From assembly GCA_963727775.1 (NCBI GenBank), contig CAVSHB010000001.1, forward strand, positions 320,001 through 384,000: a stretch of 64,000 nt of DNA. Direction: 5' to 3'. This DNA comes from an uncultured Nitrospiraceae bacterium (lineage in GTDB: Bacteria; Nitrospirota; Thermodesulfovibrionia; Thermodesulfovibrionales; SM23-35). Position numbers and translations under genes: made by a program. Shown here in pieces: positions 19,790-28,340 of this stretch. The notes beneath the pieces are model-generated. The model saw nothing but the letters and a program-made list of their open reading frames with translations. It was not told the origin of the DNA and did no database searches. Within the stretch, counting starts at the first letter, position 1; each line of letters opens with the position of its first letter.

Positions 19790-20187
19790 AGAAACCTCCT
19801 GTCAAAAGAATTTTGTTTCTCCATAAACTTATTCTTACAGGAGGTTTCTATTTTTTAATAGCTATAAAATTAGTCTCCCTTATGATTGAATGGGGAAGTT
19901 TGATCTTATGCCATTTCTATATATAACTAAGCCGGTGCGCCGGATATGGGGATTCGATTAATTCTCCCGGAACTTTTTCTATCGAAGAGGATATGGTTTA
20001 TGGAGCATCTGTCTTATTTTGATCTGCATGAGATCATCCTGATACGAAAATTGAGGCTGAGATTGCGACCATTGCAGCTGGATAGTATCCCAAGGTCTGA
20101 TTTCAGACAATAGGGGAGCATAGCGAAACAGGATGCTGTTTTCGCAGGTTGATAGAGCTATGATTTTTGAGCTATCGCCGGTGTGCA

Positions 20188-20436
20188 TCAGTATCGATCC
20201 GGAGGGCTATTGCACCTGGAAGGGAGCAAATACTCAATCGTGACCATTGTGCCCTTCTTGCAAACCGGGCAGGTATTGATATCGATACCGTAGATTCTGA
20301 GCAACTGATCCTGCCAGGTCTCTGATTTTTCTTCTTCTTCTTCTTTTGTTTCGGTTTTACAACTGCCGATGAGCTTACGGCATAGCGCGATGTTGTCTTT
20401 ACGCTTTCTGTTTGCGAGGAGTCCGAAGTGCCTGAT
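20188..20436 (-). pseudogene. IS91-type transposase C-terminal fragment
   Basis: IRHFGLLANRKR...CPVCKKG...PP; joins FVRIR of the 23864-24458 fragment in frame when the RIT is removed. Confidence 0.85.
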
Positions 20437-20535
20437 TTATGTTATATATTCACTTATGTTGCGTCGTTTGTGAAAGGCCTTGTTATTGCACAATGTCATC
20501 GTTAACGACACAACATAAGTAAATCCCTCTTCGGG

Positions 20536-21531
20536 TTAAAGTGCTTTTAAGAATGCCATCAACCCCGGCTGATCTTTCCACCGTCTTGATTGCTCTGAAG
20601 TAAATATCTCACAGTGGGCAAGTGCCTTTGCCTTCATTTCGAGATCGACCTCAGCATAGACATTTGTGGTATCTAGCGACACATGCCCCAGCCATGCACG
20701 GATTGTATTAATATCCACACCTGCGCGAAGAAGGTGAACTGCGCAGGAATGACGAATTATATGTGCACTGACTCTTTTCGTTCTCATTGAGGGGACTTTG
20801 TTGCTTGCTTTGATAACATAACGCCTAACGAGGGCATGAATGCCGAAGCGAGTGATTGTCTGCCCCCGACAGTTGAGGAAAACCTGTTCGCTATCCTGGC
20901 GATCGGCAATGAGAGTGCGTAAAGTATTGGCTGTTAAAGACCATAAAGGACAGATTCGTGTCTTGCCTCCCTTGCCTTTAATCTTGACTGAAAGCGAATA
21001 ATCCAGGTCGAGATCGTCTACAGTCATATTCGCAGCTTCATGGGCGCGGGCGCCAGTATTGTAAAGAAAAAGAAGTACGGCATAATCTCTAAAGCCTTGT
21101 TTGGTGGAAGTAACGGGAGCATTAAGCAGGGCATCCATTTCTTGTTTGTCGAGATAAGACATCGCAGCCTTTGCAGTTTTTTTGAAAGGGATAGCTCTGA
21201 TCTGTCCACACCAGATGATGTGTTCCGGACATCGTTCGCCGATAAAACCGGCGAGGGCGTGAATTGCGGCAAGGCGCTGGTTGCGAGTGGCTATAGAACA
21301 GGATCGATGCTCCTCTATATAAAGCAGAAAAAGACGAATTACCTCAGGGGATATATGCTCTACAAGCAGCTTGTCTATAGGTTTTCTGACCTTCTCAGCG
21401 ATGAAAGGGAGCATCAAGGCCAGAGCATCGCGATAACTGGATTGTGTATTTAGCGACAGATTACGCTCTTCCACCAAGTATTCCATAAGGAAGCGTCGCA
21501 CCCAATATCCGATAGAAGTTACGTTAGACAT
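20536..21531 (-). CDS. RIT tyrosine recombinase C
   Basis: TGAR, GKGGKTR, HIIRH, WLGH, NVY catalytic residues. Confidence 0.9.
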   Translation of the reverse strand: MSNVTSIGYWVRRFLMEYLVEERNLSLNTQSSYRDALALMLPFIAEKVRKPIDKLLVEHISPEVIRLFLLYIEEHRSCSIATRNQRLAAIHALAGFIGERCPEHIIWCGQIRAIPFKKTAKAAMSYLDKQEMDALLNAPVTSTKQGFRDYAVLLFLYNTGARAHEAANMTVDDLDLDYSLSVKIKGKGGKTRICPLWSLTANTLRTLIADRQDSEQVFLNCRGQTITRFGIHALVRRYVIKASNKVPSMRTKRVSAHIIRHSCAVHLLRAGVDINTIRAWLGHVSLDTTNVYAEVDLEMKAKALAHCEIFTSEQSRRWKDQPGLMAFLKAL

Positions 21532-22468
21532 GATTCACGTCCGATAGAACATAATGTTCAAAACGCAAATTTGCTTCCCGCAAAAGATCAGGAGTCATGC
21601 TCAAATAGCATTGGGTCTCCGCCACATCAGTATGGCCCAAATAGGTTGATAATTGAGGCAGCAAGCGCTGGACATCAGCGCCTTCCCGGTACCAGGCTTC
21701 AAGACGGTGAACTGAAAAAGTGTGACGAAGGTCGTGAATCCTGGGATAGTATCGAGTGCCGTCCCGGCGAGGCATCCCGGATAGGTTTCGCAAACGACTG
21801 AAAGTTTTTTGCATGCGGCCATAGGATAAAGCGTGGCCAGTGCGTGTGGCAAAAAAGGCGGAATCTTCCTTAAGTCGGCAGGGCAACAGTCGCCTTTTTC
21901 CCAGATAGGAGTCAAGGTGGTCAGTTAACCGAGGGCCGATGGGTACGAGACGTGTCTTATAGAATTTGGTATTGCGCACTGTGATAAGGCTATCCGAAAC
22001 GTTAACATCAGCAATCGTTAGAGAAAGCGCTTCGCTGATACGAAGGCCTGTTCCATAAAGGGTAAGCAAAATGGTTCGGAAGGTGGTTGCCTGAAGAGGA
22101 CTTATTGGGGATTTAAGCGAGTTGGTAGCGGAAAGGAGGCGGTGCAGTTCCTCGGTGGTGTAAATATATGGTTCCAGAGTCGCCGGACGTTTAGGTACCA
22201 TCTTTGGAAGCGGAGACTTGTCGATATGACCATGGGTCAGAGCAAAGCGATAGAAACCACAGAGGACTTCATACTTCCGGTGCCAGAAGGTAGTGATCGG
22301 ACCTTCACCTGCAAGGAATGCTGCTGCAGTATCGGGATTAACTTCTTCGATCTCTATATTGCCCATAGCTTTGCAAAAAGATCTGAGTACCACAGCATCA
22401 GACCGGTAACACATACCAATGGACTGTTTTAGCGACACATACTCGGTAACAAGTTCTGAGAGTTTCAT
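21524..22468 (-). CDS. RIT tyrosine recombinase B
   Basis: TGLRISEA, TKFYKTR, HDLRHTF, LSTYLGH. Confidence 0.9.
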   Translation of the reverse strand: MKLSELVTEYVSLKQSIGMCYRSDAVVLRSFCKAMGNIEIEEVNPDTAAAFLAGEGPITTFWHRKYEVLCGFYRFALTHGHIDKSPLPKMVPKRPATLEPYIYTTEELHRLLSATNSLKSPISPLQATTFRTILLTLYGTGLRISEALSLTIADVNVSDSLITVRNTKFYKTRLVPIGPRLTDHLDSYLGKRRLLPCRLKEDSAFFATRTGHALSYGRMQKTFSRLRNLSGMPRRDGTRYYPRIHDLRHTFSVHRLEAWYREGADVQRLLPQLSTYLGHTDVAETQCYLSMTPDLLREANLRFEHYVLSDVNHV

Positions 22469-23706
22469 TCCAGCCCTCCCATATCAAACTTAGCTACCTC
22501 GCGAAGACCTGACAGATTCACCTTGGCATAGATCCTCGTGGAGAGAGAACTTCGATGCCCTAGGTGATCGCCGACCTCCTTGAGGGAGAAGCCCTCGGCA
22601 ACCAGGTGGGCGGCGCACGCATGCCGCAATGAGTGGGGCCCATGATGGTGAGTGCGTATCCCGAGCTTCACCATTCTGTTACTGACCACAGGATAAAGTG
22701 CTCCTAATGAAAAAGGACGATATGGGGGCAAGAGAGTGAGAAATATCTCTCGATATGAAGAGTGGGGACGCACTTCCTGTAAATAGCGGATTATCGCGTT
22801 GCCTACTATTGGGATCAATGGGTATGTTTGTCTTCCTCTCAGCTTAACTCGGGGTACCGACATAAGTCTCTGTTCCCAGTCGATATCGTCAAGCCTGAGA
22901 GTTGCTACCTCAGTTGATCTCAACCCATAGATCGCAAAAAGCATCACGATGGGTTTGTCTCGTATGTCACTGGCTTGATCTGTCTCCATGCTCTCTATCA
23001 AGAGTCTCACGTTTCCCCAAGATGGTCCCGACGGCAATTGTTCTTGGGCAAAGATACGAGGGCCACGTATATCGGGGGCGATTGAAGACGAACACCACCC
23101 CCGTGAAGCCGCGTACTTGAAAAAGGCCTTCAGCGCGGTCGCCATGTGTTTAACCGATATGCGACAATTGCCCTTGTCACCGTAATGGGTAAGAAACGCG
23201 TCAATATCTTTGAGGCAAACGGCTGAGATATCACAACTCCGAGTGCCATACCAGCGTAGAAACCGTTCAACGTAAGAGCAGTTCCCTCGGATAGTCTGAG
23301 AAGTGAACCCTCGTTCGTTCTTCATCCATGTCCTGAAATCTTCAAGCAAATGACCAAACGGAATGGAAGTATCTTCTCTCCAACAGCCCAAAAAACGTAG
23401 CCACGATCTTGCTGCATTGACAAAGCGACTGCGAGTACAGTGCGGATTAAGCGCTTTTCCCCAATATCGTTCCCGTTCTGTCCATCCTCGGGCGACAGCT
23501 TCGACCTGATTCAGGGTTACTCCGTTTTCAAAAGAAATACGTAGCTTCTTTGCGACCCATAAAAGTTCTCGCGCAATGTTCTGTAAAGTCGAGAGAGAAT
23601 ATCCTTCTTGCTCGCAGTGCTTAAGATAACGCTCCCTCTCCTCTTTGTACGGGGCCTTCTTGTGACGGGATAGAATTGAGAGTTTTGTGTAAAGCTTTTC
23701 AAACAT
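22465..23706 (-). CDS. RIT tyrosine recombinase A
   Basis: YGLRSTEV, HSLRH, HLGHR, IYAKV; likely ATG at 23706 after AGAGGAGG. Confidence 0.9.
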   Translation of the reverse strand: MFEKLYTKLSILSRHKKAPYKEERERYLKHCEQEGYSLSTLQNIARELLWVAKKLRISFENGVTLNQVEAVARGWTERERYWGKALNPHCTRSRFVNAARSWLRFLGCWREDTSIPFGHLLEDFRTWMKNERGFTSQTIRGNCSYVERFLRWYGTRSCDISAVCLKDIDAFLTHYGDKGNCRISVKHMATALKAFFKYAASRGWCSSSIAPDIRGPRIFAQEQLPSGPSWGNVRLLIESMETDQASDIRDKPIVMLFAIYGLRSTEVATLRLDDIDWEQRLMSVPRVKLRGRQTYPLIPIVGNAIIRYLQEVRPHSSYREIFLTLLPPYRPFSLGALYPVVSNRMVKLGIRTHHHGPHSLRHACAAHLVAEGFSLKEVGDHLGHRSSLSTRIYAKVNLSGLREVAKFDMGGLE

Positions 23707-23863
23707 GACCGGACCTCCTCTAATAGAGACTTTCCAGCCATATAACGGCAATTACTTATGTGTTGTCAAATCAAAAATAATCATTGCAAATTAAGAAAAT
23801 TGACTGACTTCACAACATAAGTGAATACATAACATAAATCAGGTTATGTGTTTAAGCACATAA

Positions 23864-24458
23864 CCTGATGCGCACAAATCGATGCGGAAGCACATGAAGA
23901 AGGAACCTTCTTATGAACTCATCGGCCTTAAGAGTCATGATCTTTTGTTTATCACCATCGGCATAGTCCCGCCAGCGGAAGGAAACATTGCCGTCTTCAA
24001 CGTTTAGGACACGATTATTACTGATAGCAATCCTGTGGGTATATCTGCCCAGATACTTGAGGACACCCTCGGCGCCGTCAAAAGGCGGCTTGCAATATAC
24101 AACCCACTTCTTATGGTAGAACTGTCCTCTGAACACCTCAAAGGTTCCGGGGTCTTTAAGATGACGGATACCGCCAGGGAAGATAAGATCACCTGATTCA
24201 AACCTGTTTTTGAGATGGTCCAGGAACTTGCCCCTGAACAATGAGGACATAACCCTTACAGGCATGAAAAAACCTTTCCTGCACGATACCCAATGTTTTC
24301 CATCAGGTGACAATCCGCCGCCGGGTACGACACAGTGAATATGGGGATGATCCATAAGGTTTTGTCCCCAGGTGTGAAGGATGCCGATAAAGCCTGTATG
24401 TGCGCCGAGGTGTTTCGGATTATTGGAGAGCTCCATAAGTGTCTCGGAGACTGCCTGA
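23864..24458 (-). pseudogene. IS91-type (HUH) transposase central fragment, N-terminus deleted
   Basis: LHTWG, HPHIHC (HUH), YLGRYTHRIAISN, RRFLLHVLP. Confidence 0.9.
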
Positions 24459-25127
24459 GCGTATGTGGGCTTACTGGTTTTGTTATGCCGGCGCGCTCTT
24501 TGGCCTCAACGAATATCTGTCGTATTGTACTTAGACATACATGAGCTCCTTCCTTTTGTCAAACAACCAGTCTTTCGGACGATATTCTCTCCAGTATTGC
24601 CTCAGACACTCAAGAGCGGTCTGAGACAGGATGGTGTAACGGTCTTTGCCCCCCTTGCCTTGCTGAACTCTTACCATCATCCGCTTGCTGTCGATATCGC
24701 TTACCTTAAGGTGTGCTGTTTCGCTTATCCGGAGGCCTGCAGAATAGGTAATCGTCAGGATCGCCCGGTGCTTTAGATTCTCCATGACGGAAAGCAAAGT
24801 CTTGACTTCTGCCAAATCCAGAACCACAGGAAGTTTGTTTTTCCCTCTGGGACAATGAATCTTCTCCACGACCTCTTCCCGTTTTAACGTGTGCTTATAT
24901 AGAAACTTCAAACCCTGGTAATAAAACCGGTATGTCCCCTTGGCCAACTTCCGTTCGTTCAAAAGATACAGCAAATACTCTCTGAGTTCCTTCTCTCCAA
25001 GTTCCTCCGGCGACTTGCCGAAGTACTTTGCATAATTGCTTACTTCCCTCAGATAAACCTTTTGGGTCTTGGGGGTAAGTCCCTTCAACTGAAGCTCTGC
25101 CAACATCTGTTCTCTCAATGTGCTCAT
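24452..25127 (-). pseudogene. Tyrosine integrase, frameshifted and truncated
   Basis: YSAGLRISE, QGKGGKDR; frameshift near 24560, after which GQKEGAHVCLSTIRQIF...VSPHTLR follows, then fusion to the transposase. Confidence 0.85.
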
Positions 25128-25466
25128 ATCCAATCTCCTTTGAATCGATATGCGCCGACGAAGGCCGACGGGGAAACAAAGGAAATTGTAAAAAGACTTC
25201 GATTGTTCAACAAGGGGGGGAATAGCAGACTAACTTCTACAACTCAGAAAAAGGTCTATCTTATCCAGAAAAGGCTCACGCCTCGTTAACCACCGCGCAG
25301 CGGTTTAGTTCTTCGGTACAAACTCTTCATGAGTTGCCGCTTCGCATAAATGTGGAGCTTGCTATATTGTTGTAGAGTTAGGCCTTGTTAAAGAAGGCTA
25401 TACTCTTTCTTGATTCAGACCAATGTGCGAGTTGGTTAAATCCAAACCAAAGAAAGGAGTATAGCC

Positions 25467-26729
25467 ATGAAGAAGAGTAAAACAAAAAAGTTTAAAGTAG
25501 TCAATGGTAGAACGATGATTGTGACAGCTGATATGGGAAAGGATAGACATTTTGGATACTGGCGCTGTCCGGACGGAAGCGATGTGAAGCCCTTTGCCTT
25601 CTGGAACAACGGCAGGGGTTTCCAAGAGTTCTGGGATCGTGTATCTTATGCCAAAAAGCTCCATAACATCGAAGATATTGTTTTTGGATACGAGTCCACC
25701 GGGCCGTATGCCGAACCTCTTGTTCATTTCATGCGTGCGAGAGGCGTACACATGGTACAAGTAAGCCCTATGCACACTAAGAGGCTTAAGGAGCTTCAGG
25801 GTAATTCGCCGAACAAGACCGACCAGAAAGACCCAAAGGTTATCGCTGATATTATGGCACTTGGCCACGCCCTGACTGTAGTGATCCCGGAAGGTCCAGC
25901 GGCCGAACTCAGGAGGCTCACTCAGGCCAGGGAAAGGAGCAACGAGCGTTATGTATCCCTGGTGAACCAGCTCCAGAGCTTGCTTGCGATTATCTTTCCT
26001 GAGTTTTTGCAGGTAATGAAGGATGTAAAGACGTTGACTGCCCGATATCTCCTTGCGCAGTGCCCAGCACCCAAGGATATTGTCGCGTACAGTCTTGATA
26101 ATTTGAGTGCAACGATCAATAAGGTCAGCCGCGGAAAGCTGAAGGAAGATCGCGCCAAGGCCCTCTATGAGGCTGCAACAGCTTCTATAGGTGTAACCGA
26201 AGGCATGACGAGCATTATACGTGAGATAAGAGAACTTCTTATCGCCATGGACGCTGCTGAGTCCTTTACCGGGGATCTGGAAAAGGAAATGGGGTATTAT
26301 CTGAAGCAGATTCCCTACAGTGGCTCGATCCTCTCGATAAAGGGGATTAAAGAGGTTACCACTGCCGGTCTTATCGGTGAAGTGGGTGATTTTCGGAAGT
26401 TTCAAACCCTCTCCGAGATCCTAAAGCTCGCAGGGCTGGACCTTTATGAGATCAGTTCTGGCCAATACAAGGGGAAGCGACGCATATCTAAGCGAGGCCG
26501 TCACCTGCTGCGTAAACTTTTGTACTTTGCCTCGCTCAACACAGTCCGCAGAGGTGGAATAATGCACGATCAATATCAAAAGTACCTTGAGCGGGGCATG
26601 CCTAAGACCAAGGCGCTGATCGCCGTAGCAAGAAAACTTCTTGGAATCATATTTGCTGTTGTGCGTGACCAAAGTGTATACAAAAAAGATTTCTCTATAG
26701 TCTCACTTCAATACCAGGAGGCTGCATAA
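25467..26729 (+). CDS. IS110-family recombinase/transposase
   Basis: ADMGK, GYEST, KTDQKD (DEDD), SIKGI, SSGQ, ISKRG. Confidence 0.95.
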   Translation: MKKSKTKKFKVVNGRTMIVTADMGKDRHFGYWRCPDGSDVKPFAFWNNGRGFQEFWDRVSYAKKLHNIEDIVFGYESTGPYAEPLVHFMRARGVHMVQVSPMHTKRLKELQGNSPNKTDQKDPKVIADIMALGHALTVVIPEGPAAELRRLTQARERSNERYVSLVNQLQSLLAIIFPEFLQVMKDVKTLTARYLLAQCPAPKDIVAYSLDNLSATINKVSRGKLKEDRAKALYEAATASIGVTEGMTSIIREIRELLIAMDAAESFTGDLEKEMGYYLKQIPYSGSILSIKGIKEVTTAGLIGEVGDFRKFQTLSEILKLAGLDLYEISSGQYKGKRRISKRGRHLLRKLLYFASLNTVRRGGIMHDQYQKYLERGMPKTKALIAVARKLLGIIFAVVRDQSVYKKDFSIVSLQYQEAA

Positions 26730-26743
26730 CTTATAGTATTGGC

Positions 26744-26908
26744 GTGTAAGCGGGGAGATTACCGACCTGATACCTAAGGCGGCTGAGCCGACCTTCATGC
26801 GGAGCTTGTAACTCCCCGCTTGCACCTTAGTCTCGATTAAGCAAGGTCAGGGCTCTGTTGAGACCCTCGAATTACCAGTGTCAGGCAAGGTGCTACACCA
26901 AAGACTAA
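26744..26908 (+). ncRNA. Putative bridge RNA of IS110 element 2
   Basis: Hairpin 1 internal loop has ACCTGATAC and ATGCGGAG matching the target; hairpin 2 loop has AGCAAG and ACCAG matching the donor junction. Confidence 0.8.
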
Positions 26909-27329
26909 AGTGACTTCCTCCTAATGGAGATGGAAGTGAGAAGGTTGATATAAGGTTAAGTGAAAGGAGCCAAGAGGAGGCATAAAAAAGAGAAACGCCG
27001 AATCCAGGGGATACCGTAATATGGGTCATGCTGAGATAATCGATCCTATAGCTTTCTACGAAGCCGCTTTTTCAGAATTGGCTCTCAAACATGCAGAATG
27101 GATTACGTAATGAGACAAGGGATCTGGGGGCAAAGAACGAAGCAGAAACCATTGAAGCCAGGAAACCTTAGTAGTGGCTTGTCTCTATCAGAGGGGAGTT
27201 ACTCCGTAAAAAGTTCTTGACAATAATAAACCAGTATCAGGTGGACCTCGCGGTGGCCGGGTTCTTCAGAACGTATCGAGTGGGTCAGATAACCTTTTCA
27301 TAAGGTCTCCACTTTGGTAAAATAATGTC

Positions 27330-27515
27330 ATGGATTTATTTAAATCATTCACTTTTAAATGGTGGCAGGGAAGCTTTTTCAAATTATCCATGATTTCGCT
27401 TGGAATCATCTTGGGTGTCTACTTCCAAACATTCTTCCTCAAGTGGATCGTTATTGTGACAATTATTTTTATTGTGCCTGCAATCTATCTTTTCCGCGTA
27501 TGGTGGAGGCAATGA
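27330..27515 (+). CDS. Small two-TM hypothetical membrane protein
   Basis: 61-aa hydrophobic ORF; TAAAAT ends 6 nt before the ATG. Confidence 0.55.
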   Translation: MDLFKSFTFKWWQGSFFKLSMISLGIILGVYFQTFFLKWIVIVTIIFIVPAIYLFRVWWRQ

Positions 27516-27598
27516 CTTAGCTAGCTGCTTCACGCTGAAAGTGGATGTTGAATAATTGATTGTAATGCGTTAATGAACGCAATACTTAATATTTTGAT

Positions 27599-28192
27599 CT
27601 ACTTACTTCTGCGAGAGGCTTTCATCTTTTCACTGCCCTTATCCGCGTTCGCCTTCGCCTTAGAAGAGTATAGGAGGGTACGCATTAGTCCTGTTCTGTT
27701 ATCAACACCTGTTTTTATATAAATGTTGCTCAGATGGTCCTTTACGGTTTGCTCAGATATCTCAAGATCCTCAGCAATTTCAATTTTATTACGGCCGTCA
27801 AGAACTCTTCTAAGAATATCGTTTTCTCGCCTCGACAGCCTGAACTGTTGTCGGACTTCGTCCATGTTCAGCTTATTGGAAATGGTTTCTTCAATAATGA
27901 CAAGATAGATAATTGGATCCGGTTTATCGTAAGTATAGATCCTGAATATCCAATGGCTCGGGGAACCTCTGAATTTCTTTGTGAAACATATTTCTCCGGG
28001 GAATAGTTCGTTTAATCTCCCGCTGTCGATGGCATCGAATATCCTGTTTTTGATAATTGTTATTTCAGCGGGAAGATCGAACCGGCCAAGAAAGCTGGTT
28101 GCCTTTTTGTTCGTGTAAAAAATGCTCTTTCGATTGAAGATTATCAGACCTATGGGGAGTTTTTTCAGAATAAACTCTATCTCTTCGTTCAT
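27599..28192 (-). CDS. LuxR-type HTH transcriptional regulator
   Basis: LSRREND...IAEDLEISEQTVKDHLSNIYIK. Confidence 0.85.
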   Translation of the reverse strand: MNEEIEFILKKLPIGLIIFNRKSIFYTNKKATSFLGRFDLPAEITIIKNRIFDAIDSGRLNELFPGEICFTKKFRGSPSHWIFRIYTYDKPDPIIYLVIIEETISNKLNMDEVRQQFRLSRRENDILRRVLDGRNKIEIAEDLEISEQTVKDHLSNIYIKTGVDNRTGLMRTLLYSSKAKANADKGSEKMKASRRSK

Positions 28193-28340
28193 TCTCTTCC
28201 TCTCTTTTTTATGTTAACTATATCATTTTCAGGAATGAAAGAAAATGTCTTTTTACGTGAAACGACCCGACGGGAATAACCGGAATACGCAAGAGTGCCA
28301 AAAGATCACTGGCTATTCGGATCTAATGACCCGGAGAAAT

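Larger units (their letters stand above)
18120..19924 (-). mobile_element. IS110-family element 1 with long 3' non-coding end
   Basis: AAC core repeated at 18117-19 and 19925-27; outward TTGACA at 18141-36 near the 3' end; DEDD recombinase. Confidence 0.8.
20437..23863 (-). mobile_element. RIT (recombinase-in-trio) element
   Basis: Three overlapping tyrosine recombinases; 30/31 inverted repeat (20431-61 vs 23813-43); CCTGAT repeated at 20431-36 and 23864-69. Confidence 0.9.
19925..25310 (-). mobile_element. Decayed tyrosine-integrase + IS91-type transposase element
   Basis: Inverted (sub)terminal motifs AACTAAGCCGGTGCGC (19925-40) and GCGCAGCGGTTTAGTT (25295-310), 14/16; encloses integrase and HUH transposase fragments; true ends may extend somewhat further out. 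Confidence 0.7.
25358..27232 (+). mobile_element. IS110-family (IS1111-like) element 2 with long 3' non-coding end
   Basis: AG core at 25356-57 and 27233-34; sub-terminal IR TATTGTTGT / ACAATAATA; circle junction gives TTGACA-N17-TATATT. Confidence 0.85.

Noticed and set aside
18121..19878. Alternative IS110-1 boundaries at a TCC direct repeat, with CATCCCTTAT (18331-40) as a 10/10 guide
   Set aside because: The two guides would fall in different loops and one partly in a stem. The AAC-core model puts both 9-nt guides in one loop and restores the neighbouring element's end. Disfavoured, not excluded.
24480..24495. TTATGCCG as the end of a second RIT
   Set aside because: It is coding sequence (AGIT) of the frameshifted integrase.
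25377..25383. GTTAGGC as an integron attC/attI core with 27330-27515 as a cassette
   Set aside because: It lies inside the IS110-2 end. No matching RYYYAAC/L boxes, cassette array or IntI-specific features were seen.
25392..25404. Alternative IS110-2 left end at AG 25392-93 giving TTGACA-N17-TATACT
   Set aside because: Guide matches and the sub-terminal IR fit the 25356-57 core. TATACT belongs to the RBS-sequestering hairpin.
25398..26405. 335-aa minus-strand ORF
   Set aside because: Antisense shadow of the IS110 transposase with no recognisable motif.
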